A stretch of 64,000 nt of DNA from assembly GCA_963716935.1 (NCBI GenBank), contig CAVQUN010000006.1, positions 163,241-227,240 of the forward strand, written 5' to 3'. The notes beneath the pieces are model-generated. The model worked only from the letters and a program-made list of their open reading frames with translations, did no database searches and had not been told where the DNA came from. The stretch is from an uncultured Actinomycetes bacterium. GTDB taxonomy: Bacteria; Actinomycetota; UBA4738; HRBIN12. Positions 42,727 through 53,379 of this stretch are shown one piece after another (position 1 is the first letter of the stretch; every line of letters begins with the position of its first letter). The translations under genes were made by a program, and so were the position numbers.

Positions 42727-44892
42727 ACTCGACGATCGCGGAGCGGCTGCGCCGCGCCGACCACCCGCCGGAGGACTCGAAACGGATCCGCGTCGCCGTG
42801 GCGCTCATGGTCGAGATCTCCGTGCTCGCCGTCGTCGCGCAGGGCGCCGTCGGCGCGGTCACGGCGATCGGCGCCCTGGTCCTGGTCCCGGCGGGCTACG
42901 CCTTCTCGTACGCGCGCCGCCGACGGCCGTCGACGATCACGAAGGTGGCGCTCGCGGTGACGCTGCTCGTGGCGCTCGGCGCCTTCCTGCGGGCGGTCGA
43001 GGGAGCGCGGTCGTTCGACGACGCGCGGCAGCCGCTCGCCTCGCTGTTCCTGTGGGTGCAGGTCCTGCACTCCTTCGACGTCCCGCGCCGGCGCGACCTC
43101 GGGTTCTCGGTGGCCTCGAGCCTGATGCTGATGGCCGAGGCCGGCGCGCTCTCGTTCGGGACCTCGTTCGTCGTGTTCCTTCGTGCCGTGGCTCGGCGCG
43201 GCGGGCTGGTACCTGTTCCTCACGCTGCAGCCTCGTCCGCAGGAGCTCCCGCAGGTGACCGCGGTCCGCCGGGTCGGCGGGGCGGCCGGGCGCCGACCGT
43301 TCGCCGCGGCCCGAACCGTCGGCACGTGGTCGGCCGTCGCCCTCGCTGCGATCACGGCCGTGTTCCTCGCGATGCCGCGGCTCCCCGGCGTGAACCTCGC
43401 GCTCCCGCCGTTTCGCGCCGACGACGCGACGCTCGTGCAGAACTACCGAGGGCAGGTGGTCAACCCGGGCCTCGCGGTCGACTCGGAGGGCGTACCCGAG
43501 TTCGCCGACCTCGCCTACCCGGGGTTCAGCGCGACGGTCGACCTTCGCTCGCGGGGCCGGCTCTCGGACGAGGTCGTGCTGCGTGTGCGCTCGGCCCAGG
43601 CCGCGCTGTGGCGCGGGCTCGCCTACGACACGTACGACGGCACCCGCTGGACGGACTCCGACGAGCGGGTGTTCTCGGTCGGCCACGACTTCGACGGCAG
43701 CTTCCGTCCGGCGGTCGAGGCGACCGGCGCGGTCCCGATCCAGCACGTCCTCGCCACCTTCTACGTGCAGACCGACCTGCCGAACGTCGTGTTCGGCGCC
43801 TACCAGGTCGAGCAGGCCTACTTCCCGGCCTCGCAGCTGTCGACCGACTCGTACGGCTCGGTGCGCGCGCCGATCCTGCTCGAGAACGGGGTCGTGTACT
43901 CGGTGCTGTCCGACGTGCCCGCGCCGACGCCCGACCTCCTGCGCGCGACCGATCTCCTGCCCGCCGATCCCGGGTTCGAGGACACGATGGCGCCCTATCT
44001 GGAGCTGCCGTCGACGATGCCCTCGCGGGTGATCGCGCTCGCGAGGCAGATCACCGCCGGCGCGCCGACGACCTTCGACGCCGTCCAGGCCGTGCAGACC
44101 TGGCTGCATCAGCACACGCGGTACAACCTCGACATCCCACCCGATCCGCCGGGGGTCGACGCCGTCGACCACTTCCTGTTCGAGACGCGCGAGGGCTTCT
44201 GCGAGCACATCGCGAGCGCGATGGCCGTCCTGCTCCGCGCGTCGGGGGTCCCCACGCGCCTGGTGACCGGGTTCGGGCCGGGCCACCGAAACCCGTTCAC
44301 CGGCTACTGGGAGGTCCGCGCCTCCGACGCGCACGCGTGGGTGGAGGTCTTCTATCCCGGTGCCGGCTGGATCCCGTACGACCCGACGTTCGGGGTGCCG
44401 GCCGCGGACCCCGGCCTGTCGGGGCGGTTCATCGCGCCGGAGGTCCTCGGCTCGATCGGGCGCTTCTTCTCGGCGTCGATCCCCGAGCCCGTTCGCCGGG
44501 CCGTGACGGCGCTCGGCCACGCGATCGCCGCGATGGCCCGGGTCTGGCCGCTGGTGCTCGCGTTCCTCGCGATCGCCGTCGCGGGCGTGATCCTTCTTCG
44601 ACGCCGCGGGTCGCGGCGCCGACGCGGTCCGGCCCCGGTCGGCGCCGCGCGCGCGTTCGCCGAGCTCGAGGGCGCGATGGTCGCCCGAGGGCATCCGCGC
44701 GCCGACCACCAGACCGCGCGCGAGTTCGTCCGGTCCCTCCGGCCGTTCCTGGGGCCCGACGAGCGGGCCGACGCGGAGCTCGTGGTGCGACTGTTCGAGC
44801 TCGACCGCTTCTCCGGTGCGCCGATCGAGCAGGACGACGTGGATCGTGCGCTCGCGGCAGCCGCTCGCGTCACTCGGCCCACAGGCCGCTGA
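42723..44892 (+). CDS. transglutaminase-like membrane protein (TgpA-like; DUF3488 N-domain + TGase core + C-terminal TM), apparent frame break near 43180
   Basis: ATG overlaps the DUF58 stop (ATGA). N-terminal TM region. TGase catalytic core GFCEHIASAMAVLLRASGVPTRLVTGF...HAWVEVF...D (Cys-His-Asp). C-terminal TM. The two halves are in different frames, joined by removing one T in TTCCTTCGTG. Confidence 0.8.
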
Positions 44893-46897
44893 GCATCGCG
44901 TCGACGGCGGCCGCGGTCCCAGCGGTCGCGGGGACGCGCGGGCGGCCGGATCCCTCCTCGTCGATCGTCGTGCTCGACAGCGTGAAGCGGTCGCGCACCT
45001 CCTCGGGAAGGAAGCGCGTGAGCTGCGCGTACCAGTGCCGGTCCTCGAGGCCGCGATTGCTCCGGTGGTACCGGAGCGGGAACGACACGCGCAGGGTGTC
45101 GCGAGCCCGGGTGAGCGCGACGTAGAAGAGCCGGCGCTCCTCCTCGATCTCGTCGGGGTCGCCGGTCGCGAGGTCCGACGGGATCATGCCGTCGGCGGCG
45201 TGGATCACGTGGACGACGTCCCACTCGCCGCCCTTCGCCGAGTGGATCGTCGACAGGACCACGTAGTCCTCGTCGAGGTGCGGCGGGCCGGCCAGGTCCG
45301 AGGTCGAGATGGGTGGGTCGAGCGTCAGGTCGGTGACGAAGCGCTCGCGCGTCTCGAAGCCCGCGGCGAGCTGCTCGAGCTGCTCGAGGTCGCGCAGTCG
45401 CGGCTCCGGCTGGTCGTACCGGCGGCGGAGCAGCGGCTCGAGGAACCGGCGGACGCGCTCGACCTGCTCGGCCGGCGGGCGGCCGTCGAGGTCGCCGAAC
45501 GCCGATCGGAGCGCGTCGAGCTCCGCCCGCGCCGGCGCCGGCACCGCGATCGCCTGCTCGCTGAACCTCGTCATCGGGTCGCCGGGCGCGCGGACGCCGA
45601 TCGCCAGCATGACGCGCCGCGCGCCGGCGGGGCCGACGCGGTCGAGCAGCTGGAGCACCCGGAACCAGCTGACCTCGTCGCGCGGGTTGTCGGCGATCCG
45701 CAGCACCGCGAGCGCGTCCTTCACGTGCGCGGACTCGAGGAACTTCAGCCCTCCGTACTTCACGAACGGGACGTTGCGGCGCGCGAGCTCGACCTCGAGT
45801 ACGTCGCTGTGGTGCCCCGCCCGGAACAGGACGGCCTGCTCCTTCAGCGGCGTGCCACGCTCGCGATGCTCGAGGATCGACGTGCACACGGCGTCCGCCT
45901 GGTCGCGCTCGTCGATGCAGGTGACGAGCTCGGGCCGCTCGCCGCCCGGCCGGTCGGTCCACAGCGTCTTCTCGTGGCGCTGCGGGCTGAGCGCGATCAC
46001 GGCGTTCGTCGCGTCCAGGATCGGCCGCGTCGAGCGGTAGTTGCGCTCGAGCTTGAGGATCGTGGTGCCGGGGAAGCGCTCGGGGAACTCGAGGATGTTG
46101 CGCACGGTGGCCGAGCGGAAGGCGTAGATCGCCTGGGCGTCGTCGCCCACCACCATCAGCCCTTGCCCGTCGGGCTTCAGCGACTGGAGGATGTCCGCCT
46201 GGAGCGGGTTGGTGTCCTGGTACTCGTCGACGAGCACGTGGTCGAACTGCCCGGACACGGCGCGCCCGGCAGCGGGGTGCTGCCCGAGCGCGTGCCAGTA
46301 GAGGAGCAGGTCGTCGTAGTCCAGGGTCAGCTGGGCGCGCTTGCGCTCGACGTAGCGCTCGAAGATCGCGCGGATGCCGTCGAGCTCCTCGGCGCACCAC
46401 GGGTACTCGGCCTCGAGGACGTCGGCGAGCTTGCGTTGCGCGTTCACCGTGCGCGAGTAGACGTCGGCGAGCGTCTCCTTGCGCGGGAACCGGCGCTCGT
46501 CCTCGCCGAGCCCGAGGTCGCTCCGGATGAGGTCCATGAGGTCGGCCGTGTCGGAACGGTCGAGCACCGTGAAGCCGGGGGCCAGGCCGAGCGCGCCGCC
46601 GTGGGTTCGCAGCAGCCGGTTCGCGGTGGCGTGGAACGTCCCGCCCCACACGCGGCCCAGGCCGCGGTCGCCGGTGAGCGTCTCGGCCCGGCCGAGCATC
46701 TCGCGGGCTGCCCGGCGCGTGAACGTGAGGAGCAGGATCCGCTCGGGCGCCACGCCGCGGTCGACGAGCCGGGCGACCCGGCAGGCGAGCGTCCACGTCT
46801 TGCCCGACCCGGCGCCCGCCACGACCAGCAGCGGCCCGCCGAGGTGCTCGACGGCGAGGCGCTGCTCCGGGTTCAGGCGTTCGAGCGCATCGAACAT
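44870..46897 (-). CDS. UvrD/PcrA/Rep-family ATP-dependent DNA helicase
   Basis: Helicase motifs AGAGSGKTWTL (I), VDEYQDTN (II), NYRST, VLSTIHSAKGGEWDVV (V), ALTRAR (VI). Convergent 23-nt overlap with the tgpA-like gene. Confidence 0.9.
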   Translation of the reverse strand: MFDALERLNPEQRLAVEHLGGPLLVVAGAGSGKTWTLACRVARLVDRGVAPERILLLTFTRRAAREMLGRAETLTGDRGLGRVWGGTFHATANRLLRTHGGALGLAPGFTVLDRSDTADLMDLIRSDLGLGEDERRFPRKETLADVYSRTVNAQRKLADVLEAEYPWCAEELDGIRAIFERYVERKRAQLTLDYDDLLLYWHALGQHPAAGRAVSGQFDHVLVDEYQDTNPLQADILQSLKPDGQGLMVVGDDAQAIYAFRSATVRNILEFPERFPGTTILKLERNYRSTRPILDATNAVIALSPQRHEKTLWTDRPGGERPELVTCIDERDQADAVCTSILEHRERGTPLKEQAVLFRAGHHSDVLEVELARRNVPFVKYGGLKFLESAHVKDALAVLRIADNPRDEVSWFRVLQLLDRVGPAGARRVMLAIGVRAPGDPMTRFSEQAIAVPAPARAELDALRSAFGDLDGRPPAEQVERVRRFLEPLLRRRYDQPEPRLRDLEQLEQLAAGFETRERFVTDLTLDPPISTSDLAGPPHLDEDYVVLSTIHSAKGGEWDVVHVIHAADGMIPSDLATGDPDEIEEERRLFYVALTRARDTLRVSFPLRYHRSNRGLEDRHWYAQLTRFLPEEVRDRFTLSSTTIDEEGSGRPRVPATAGTAAAVDAMLSGLWAE

Positions 46898-46951
46898 GCG
46901 TTCGAGAGCCTAGGGGATGGGGCCGACGGGCTCAAGCAGCGATGCGAACGG

Positions 46952-47462
46952 TCAGGACGGAGGCGGGATCTCCTCGACGCGGCCGTTCTGCTCGCCGAAG
47001 GCCCACACGTCGATGCCGGGCGGCTCGATGCCGAGCGTGGTGATCGCCGTGCAGATCTGGCTCCGGTGGTCGGTTCCGTGATGCAGCGCCTGCGCGAGCC
47101 GCATGCCCACGGTGGTCTTGGTCACCGAGCCGTCGTCGTTCTTCCCGAGACGGATCGCGTCCGGATCCGGGTCGGTGGCGAGCAGCGCCGTCCAGGCCGC
47201 ACCGTTGTGCTCCGTCGCCGCCCGGAGCCCCGCGAGGTCCATGTGGTCCTCGTCGATGACGTACGCGCGGTCGTCGAACAGGCGGAACAGGTACCACGCG
47301 TCCGAACCGACCAGGTGGCGCATCGTCTCGAGGATCGTGCCGTAGGTCCCGGGGACCGACGTCTCGAGTTGCTCCGGCGTGAGCTCGAGGCAGGCGTCGA
47401 GCAGTCGCACCGTCGCCCACACGTGGTGGTCGAACGCGTCGGTCAGGATGGAATCGGTCACG
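46952..47462 (-). CDS. DinB-family (DinB_2) protein
   Basis: GTG at 47462. DAFDHHVWATVRLLD...MRHLVGSDAWY...HHGTDHRSQI His-rich four-helix pattern. Confidence 0.7.
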
Positions 47463-47481
47463 CGCGCACCGTAGCAGACGC

Positions 47482-48324
47482 TCAGTCGTTGAGCGTTGCC
47501 GCGTGGTCGGGCACCGCGTGGAACGCCTCGCGCGGCGGTCGCACGTAGCCCTCGTCGGACTGGCGGTTCGGAATCTCGATCTTCGGGTGGTCGACGGGCT
47601 GGTACGGGACCATCGAGAGGAGATGCGCGATGCAGTTGAGTCGCGCGCGCGGCTTGTCGTCGGCCTCGACGATGTACCAGCGGGCCTCGGGGATGTCGGT
47701 GTGGACGAACATCTCGTCCCGCGCTCGGGAGTAGTCGACGTACCGCGTGCGCGAGAACAGGTCGGTCTCGGAGAGCTTCCATCGACGGATGGGGTCGTCG
47801 ATCCGGTTGCGGAACCGGCGCTCCTGCTCCTCGTCGGAGACCGAGAACCAGTACTTGATCAGCGTGATGCCGTCCTCGATGAGCAACCGCTCGACGATCG
47901 AGCACTGCCGGAGGAACCGCAGGTGCTCCTCGGGCGTGCAGAAGCCGAGGACCTTCTCGACGCCGGCGCGGTTGTACCAGCTGCGGTCGAACAGGGCGAC
48001 CTCGCCGGCGGCGGGGAGCTCGTCGATGTAGCGCTGGAAGTACCACTGCGAGCGCTGGCGCTCGGTCGGCTTCGGGAGGGCGACGATCCGCGTGATGCGC
48101 GGGTTCATGTACTGGGAGATCCGCTTGATCGTGCCGCCCTTGCCGGCCGCGTCGCGCCCCTCGAACACGACGACGATCCGGGCGCCGGTCGCGGCCACCC
48201 AGTCCTCCATCTTCACGAGCTCCTCCTGGAGGCGGCGGAGCTCCCTCTCGTAGACCTTCTTCGGGACCTTGCTCGAGCGATCCTCGACGTCGCGATGGCC
48301 CTTCTTGGCCGATTCTGAGCTCAT
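47482..48324 (-). CDS. ppk2: polyphosphate kinase 2 (PPK2) family protein
   Basis: Walker A VVFEGRDAAGKGGTIKRI, Walker B/lid motifs, FDRSWYNR. About 280 aa single-domain PPK2. Confidence 0.85.
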   Translation of the reverse strand: MSSESAKKGHRDVEDRSSKVPKKVYERELRRLQEELVKMEDWVAATGARIVVVFEGRDAAGKGGTIKRISQYMNPRITRIVALPKPTERQRSQWYFQRYIDELPAAGEVALFDRSWYNRAGVEKVLGFCTPEEHLRFLRQCSIVERLLIEDGITLIKYWFSVSDEEQERRFRNRIDDPIRRWKLSETDLFSRTRYVDYSRARDEMFVHTDIPEARWYIVEADDKPRARLNCIAHLLSMVPYQPVDHPKIEIPNRQSDEGYVRPPREAFHAVPDHAATLND

Positions 48325-48379
48325 GCCCGGGAGTATCCGCCGCCGGCTCGCGGGCAGGCAAGGCGGCTACCATCGGGCC

Positions 48380-48580
48380 ATGTGCCGAAGCATCAAGCGG
48401 CTGCGCGAGGGCGAGGTCCCCGCGAGCGACGAGGAGATCCGCGAGGCGGCCCTGCAGTACGTGCGGAAGGTGAGCGGGTTCCGGGCCCCCTCCCGCCGCA
48501 ACGAGGAGGCGTTCGACGCCGCCGTCGAGGAGATCGCCGACGCCTCCCGGCGGCTGATCGCGTCGGTTACCGCCCGGTAG
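48380..48580 (+). CDS. DUF2277-like small protein (66 aa)
   Basis: MCRSIKRLREGEVPASDEEIREAALQYVRKVSGF matches the small conserved DUF2277 pattern (MCRNIK...AALQYVRKVSG). Confidence 0.55.
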   Translation: MCRSIKRLREGEVPASDEEIREAALQYVRKVSGFRAPSRRNEEAFDAAVEEIADASRRLIASVTAR

Positions 48581-48613
48581 CGCGGCGCGCCGGACCGCTA
48601 GGCTGTCGCGACC

Positions 48614-50008
48614 ATGGGGTATCCGCTCGATCCCTCGCCCGAGCAGATGCGCGAGATGGCGCAGGTCGCGCTCGACTACGTCGTCGACTACCTCCGGCGA
48701 GTGCCGGACGCGCCGGCGTCGTCGTTCGAGGGAGCCGAGGCCGCGGCCGAGGCGCATCGCGAGCCCCCGCCCGAGATCGGCGGCGAGTTCTCGCCGCTCG
48801 TCGACCTCGTCGAGACCATCGCGAGCCACTCGGCCAACAACGCGGGGCCGGGGTTCCTCGCGTACATCCCCGGCGGCGGGCTGTTCGCCTCCTCGCTCGC
48901 GGATCTGCTCTCGACCACGATCGACCGGTACGTGAACCTGTGGGGCGAGGCGCCCGTCGCCGCGCAGGTCGAGTACAACGTGGTCCGGTGGCTCTGCGAC
49001 CTGTTCGCCTTCCCCCCGGAGTCGCGCGGGGTCCTCACGTCGGGCGGCTCGATGGCGAACTTCTCGGCGATCGTCGCCGCGCGCACGGACCGGCTCCCCG
49101 AGAACTTCCTGTCGGGGACGATCTACGTGAGCGAGCACGTCCACGCCTCGGTCACGAAGGCGGCGATGCTGGCTGGCTTCCCCGTCCGCAACGTCCGCCC
49201 GATCGTCGCCGACCCGTCGCTGCGAATGGAGGTGGACGCGCTGCGCCGGACGGTCGCCGAGGACCGCGACGAGGGCTTCGCGCCGTTCGCCGTCGTGGCG
49301 AGCGCGGGGACGACGAACACCGGCGCGATCGACCCGCTCGCGGACATCGCCGACCTCGCTGCCGAGGACGGCCTCTGGCTGCACGTCGACGCCGCGTACG
49401 GCGGCTTCTTCCAGCTCACCGAGCGGGGGCGCGAGCGCTTCCGCGGGATCGAGCGCGCCGACTCGATCACGCTCGACCCCCACAAAGGGATGTTCCTGCC
49501 GTACGGGACCGGGGCGCTCATCGTTCGCGACGGGGCGAAGCTCCGCGACGCGCATCACGTCGGCACGAGCGCGTACCTGCAGGACCTCGCCGCCGACGCG
49601 CACATCCCGAACTTCGCCGAGTACTCGGCCGAGCTCTCGCGCGACTTCCGCGGCCTGCGCGTCTGGTTCCCGCTGAAGCTGCACGGCGTGGCCGCGTTCC
49701 GCGAGGCGCTCGACGAGAAGCTCGACCTCGCCCAGCGCCTCGCCGAGGGGCTGAAGGCCGTTCCCGAGCTCGAGCTCCCGTGGCAGCCGGATCTCACGGT
49801 GGTGCCGTTCCGGCTGCGCGACGGCGACGACGAGGCGAATCGCCGGCTGCTCGCGGCGATCAACGCGTCCCGGCGCGTGTTCCTGTCGAGCACCGTTCTG
49901 GACGACCGCTTCACGCTGCGGGCCTGCATCCTGTCGCACCGGACGCATCGCGACCGGATCGACGAGTGCATCGAGATCGTCCGGGGCGCCGCGGTCGCGG
50001 CGAGGTGA
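48614..50008 (+). CDS. PLP-dependent group II decarboxylase (aromatic-L-amino-acid / L-2,4-diaminobutyrate decarboxylase family)
   Basis: [31 protein letters not shown] (PLP lysine) motifs. 464 aa. Confidence 0.85.
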   Translation: MGYPLDPSPEQMREMAQVALDYVVDYLRRVPDAPASSFEGAEAAAEAHREPPPEIGGEFSPLVDLVETIASHSANNAGPGFLAYIPGGGLFASSLADLLSTTIDRYVNLWGEAPVAAQVEYNVVRWLCDLFAFPPESRGVLTSGGSMANFSAIVAARTDRLPENFLSGTIYVSEHVHASVTKAAMLAGFPVRNVRPIVADPSLRMEVDALRRTVAEDRDEGFAPFAVVASAGTTNTGAIDPLADIADLAAEDGLWLHVDAAYGGFFQLTERGRERFRGIERADSITLDPHKGMFLPYGTGALIVRDGAKLRDAHHVGTSAYLQDLAADAHIPNFAEYSAELSRDFRGLRVWFPLKLHGVAAFREALDEKLDLAQRLAEGLKAVPELELPWQPDLTVVPFRLRDGDDEANRRLLAAINASRRVFLSSTVLDDRFTLRACILSHRTHRDRIDECIEIVRGAAVAAR

Positions 50009-50526
50009 CCGACCCCGACGCGCGCGCGCTCCGCACCGCCCGACTCGTCCTGCGACCGATCGAACCCGGCGACGTCGACGCGTTCGCCGCGCTCTACGCC
50101 GATCCCGAGGTCGTCCGCCACATCGGCGAGGGCACGACCGCCTCTGCGGAGGAGACGGCCGAATGGGTGGAGCGGGCGATCCGGCGCAACGACGCCGAGG
50201 GATGGGACATGCGGGTCGTGGAGCTCGAGGACACGGGCGTGTTCGTCGGCCGGTGCGGCATCGCCGTGCACGAGATCGAGGGTCGGACCGAACGCGAGAT
50301 CGGCTACATCCTCGCGCGCGAGCACTGGGGTCGTGGCTACGCGACGGAGGCGGCGACGGCCATGCGCGACCACGCGATCCAGGGACTCGGCCTCCGGAGG
50401 CTCGTCTCGCTCGTCCGGCCCGCCAACGACCCGTCGAAGCGCGTGGCGCGAAAGCTCGGGATGACCTACGAGCGGGACGTGTCCTTCCACGGCGCCACCG
50501 CGGAGCTCTACTCCATGGAGGCTTAG
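50005..50526 (+). CDS. GNAT-family N-acetyltransferase (RimJ/RimL-like)
   Basis: GTG overlaps the decarboxylase stop (GTGA). [12 protein letters not shown]...VGRCGI...[12 protein letters not shown] acetyl-CoA binding motif. Confidence 0.8.
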   Translation: MTDPDARALRTARLVLRPIEPGDVDAFAALYADPEVVRHIGEGTTASAEETAEWVERAIRRNDAEGWDMRVVELEDTGVFVGRCGIAVHEIEGRTEREIGYILAREHWGRGYATEAATAMRDHAIQGLGLRRLVSLVRPANDPSKRVARKLGMTYERDVSFHGATAELYSMEA

Positions 50527-51359
50527 TGCCCGAGCTTCCCGAGGTCCAGGCGCTCGCCGAGCGGCTGACCGACGCCGTCGCCGGCGCCGCCTTCGAGACG
50601 GCCGACGTGCTGCAGTTCTCCTCGCTGAAGACGGTCACGCCGAGGTCGTCCGAGCTCGCCGGCCGAACGGTGGAGCGGGTCGGGCGGCGTGGGAAGTACC
50701 TGGTGTTCGAGCTCGACGGCCCCCGGATGCTGGTGCACCTGTCGCAGGGCGGGCGCGTCGACGTCGAGGACCCGCCGAAGTCGACGAAGCCGAGAGGCGC
50801 CGTGGTCCGCCTGCGGTTCGCGAGCCGTCCGTCGGTGCTGGTGAAGGAGTTCGGCCGGGAGCGCAAGGCGGGCTGGTGGGTGCTCGCGGCGGACGACGAC
50901 GGCCCGCTCGCGAAGCTCGGGCCCGAGCCGGACTCGACCGAGTTCGAGCGGTTCGTGCTCGAGGGCTCCGACACGCGGCGCGTCCATACGATCCTTCGCG
51001 ACCAGCGGACGGTCGCCGGTCTGGGCCGCGGCTACACCGACGACGCCCTGCACCGCGCGCGGCTCTCCCCGTACGCGACGCTCGCGCAGCTGGACGACGC
51101 CCAGCGCGCTGCGCTGCTCGACGCGATCCGCGAGATCCTCGCCGACGCGCTCGAGGCCGAGCGACGCCGAACGGGGGGCCTGCCGACGAAGATCGGCGAC
51201 CATTTCACCGTCCACAACCGGTACGGGACTGCCTGCCCCGTCTGCGGCGACGACCTGCGCCGCGTCTCCTACGAGTCGCACGAGGTCACGTACTGCCCGA
51301 CCTGCCAGACCGGCGGCAAGGTCCTCGCCGACCGCCGTCTCTCACGCCTGCTTCGATAG
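50526..51359 (+). CDS. formamidopyrimidine-DNA glycosylase / endonuclease VIII family (Fpg/Nei)
   Basis: GTG overlaps the GNAT stop (TAGTG). N-terminal (M)PELPEV catalytic Pro/Glu. H2TH region. C-terminal zinc finger CPVCG...CPTCQ. Confidence 0.85.
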   Translation: MPELPEVQALAERLTDAVAGAAFETADVLQFSSLKTVTPRSSELAGRTVERVGRRGKYLVFELDGPRMLVHLSQGGRVDVEDPPKSTKPRGAVVRLRFASRPSVLVKEFGRERKAGWWVLAADDDGPLAKLGPEPDSTEFERFVLEGSDTRRVHTILRDQRTVAGLGRGYTDDALHRARLSPYATLAQLDDAQRAALLDAIREILADALEAERRRTGGLPTKIGDHFTVHNRYGTACPVCGDDLRRVSYESHEVTYCPTCQTGGKVLADRRLSRLLR

Positions 51360-51437
51360 CCGAGTTCGCGCGAAGGCGCTCCTGGGTACAGGATGGTGGC
51401 TGGCCGCGCTCCGCGGCCGGGGGAGGGGGTGGTGCTC

Positions 51438-52961
51438 ATGCGGCGCTCCACGTTCCTGTTCGGGATCGCGCTGGCGGTCCTGGTGGCGACCGCGGTACCG
51501 GGAGCGACGGCCCCCGGGTTCAAGACCCGGGTGCCGGCGATGCTCACGCTCGGACCCGGCGCCCCGCCGGGCTCGAAGGTGAGTCCGCTGATCAGCAGCG
51601 GCGACGTCCTCGGGTCGTTCACGTTCGAGGGGCTTCCCGACGGGATCGGCGTCGTCCCGCTCGGCGGCGGGAAGGTCGACGTGTACGTGAACCACGAGCA
51701 GTCGCGCGTCCCCTTCGCGGGGACGCAGGACTTCGTCGACTCGTCGGTCTCACGTGTCACCCTCGTGTCGGCCGGTCACAAGGTGCTGGCCGCGTCGGTC
51801 GCCCTGCCGCCGTCGGCCGGCTTCATCCGGTTCTGCTCGTCCTTCATGGCGGGACCGGATCAGGGCTTCGACCGTTACGTGCTCCTGACGAACGAGGAGT
51901 CCGACGACGACCTCGCCGTCCCGGCCGGCGCCGTGTACGGGCCCGATCCGGCGATCGCGCCGAATCGTGAGGCGGGGTATTCCGTGGCCCTCGACATCTC
52001 GACGGGGACGTTCGCCACGATCCCCGGGCTCGGCCGGTACAACCACGAGAACACCGTGGTGGTGCCGGGCGGATGGGGCCCGACGATCGCGCTCTCGGGC
52101 GACGACACGTTCAACGCGCCGTCATCGCAGCTGTATCAGTACGCGGCCGCGACGCCGGACGACTTGGTGGCGGACAACGGCCACCTGTTCGCGTTCCGCG
52201 TGACGGCGACTCAGAACGGGCCGGTCGACCCGACGGACCCGTTCAACGGGGCGAACGACTACGGCGACATCGTCGTGGGCGACGACTGGCAGGGTGAGTT
52301 CATCGCGGTGCCGGACGACATCGCCGACGGTACGACGTCCGCGGTGCCGCAGGCCGGACTCGAGGCGTGGTCGAACGACAACAACGTGTTCCAGTTCATC
52401 CGCGTCGAGGACATCACGTACGACAAGAACCAGCCGAACGTCGTCTACTTCGCCGACACCGGCGAGCGGCGGGCGATCGCGAACCCGGCCACGGGACGGC
52501 TGATGCGCGGAAGCAGCACCACCTTCGGTCCGTACCCGAACGGACGGATCTTCCGGATGGTGCTCGACCCGACGGATCCGTCCCACGTGCTCAGCTTCTC
52601 GATCCTGCTGGACAACGACCTCGGCGGCTACAACAACCTCGACGTGATGCATCAGCCCGACAACGTCGACACGAGCAAGAACAGCCTCATGGTTCAGGAG
52701 GACACGGCGCAGCTGCCGAACTCGCGGATCTGGCGATACGACTTCGGCACGCAGACCTGGAGCGTCGTCGCGTCCGTGAACGACCCCGCGTGGGAGTCGA
52801 GCGGCATCCTCGACGTGTCCGGCCTGTTCGGGGCCGGCACCTGGCTCGTCGACGTGCAGGCGCACAACGTCTTCGTCGCGCAGGACACGACGACGATCCC
52901 CGGCATCACGATCAAGCGCGAGGGCGGCCAGCTGCTGTTGCTCCGAATCAAGGGCAGCTAG
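51438..52961 (+). CDS. secreted hypothetical protein, probable beta-propeller (PhoX/DUF839-like?)
   Basis: Signal peptide MRRSTFLFGIALAVLVATAVPGATA. Large Asp/Asn/Gly-rich extracellular domain. No confident family assignment. Confidence 0.45.
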   Translation: MRRSTFLFGIALAVLVATAVPGATAPGFKTRVPAMLTLGPGAPPGSKVSPLISSGDVLGSFTFEGLPDGIGVVPLGGGKVDVYVNHEQSRVPFAGTQDFVDSSVSRVTLVSAGHKVLAASVALPPSAGFIRFCSSFMAGPDQGFDRYVLLTNEESDDDLAVPAGAVYGPDPAIAPNREAGYSVALDISTGTFATIPGLGRYNHENTVVVPGGWGPTIALSGDDTFNAPSSQLYQYAAATPDDLVADNGHLFAFRVTATQNGPVDPTDPFNGANDYGDIVVGDDWQGEFIAVPDDIADGTTSAVPQAGLEAWSNDNNVFQFIRVEDITYDKNQPNVVYFADTGERRAIANPATGRLMRGSSTTFGPYPNGRIFRMVLDPTDPSHVLSFSILLDNDLGGYNNLDVMHQPDNVDTSKNSLMVQEDTAQLPNSRIWRYDFGTQTWSVVASVNDPAWESSGILDVSGLFGAGTWLVDVQAHNVFVAQDTTTIPGITIKREGGQLLLLRIKGS

Positions 52962-53379
52962 TCGCCGGGTCGAGGGTCCCCGGCTCGGACAGGGCCGGGG
53001 ACTCCTCGCTCGGTCGGTTTCCTCGGCCGGTCCGTCCTCCCGGGCAGCGGGTTTGATCGAGATGCTCAGCACCACACTCGGTACGGTGTGCCCCCTGTCG
53101 TCTGCGCAAATGATCTACAACCTGGGCGTGAAATTGCGTGTGAAATCCGCGCCGCTTGCCTGACCGGAAGAGCTCGCGTCACCGGACGATGGCATGTGGG
53201 TGCGCCCCTCCCCGAGCCCTCAAAGGCTCGCGCTCGGAGTTCGAGAAGATGATTGCGCTGCAATGCTTTTCAGCCATTGATCCAGTTTGACTCCTTCCGT
53301 CATTTGAAGTAGGAAGAACGGCAGAGAGAGGTGTCGCGGATGCTCGTCGGCGACGCCGCACGCTCGGGAGGGGGGCACC

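Noticed and set aside
44870-44892. 23-nt convergent overlap of the tgpA-like gene and the UvrD-like helicase gene as a possible artefact
   Set aside because: Short 3'-3' overlaps are common in high-GC genomes and both reading frames end with conserved sequence, so they are retained as real.
41571-45125. 1184-aa plus-strand ORF
   Set aside because: Runs through DUF58 out of frame, joins the first half of the tgpA-like gene, and continues as nonsense past its frame break. Not a single gene.
46952-50974. 1340-aa minus-strand ORF
   Set aside because: Chimeric. Only the last 170 codons (46952..47462) form the real DinB-like gene. The remainder is antisense to PPK2/decarboxylase/GNAT/Fpg genes and is Arg/Pro-rich.
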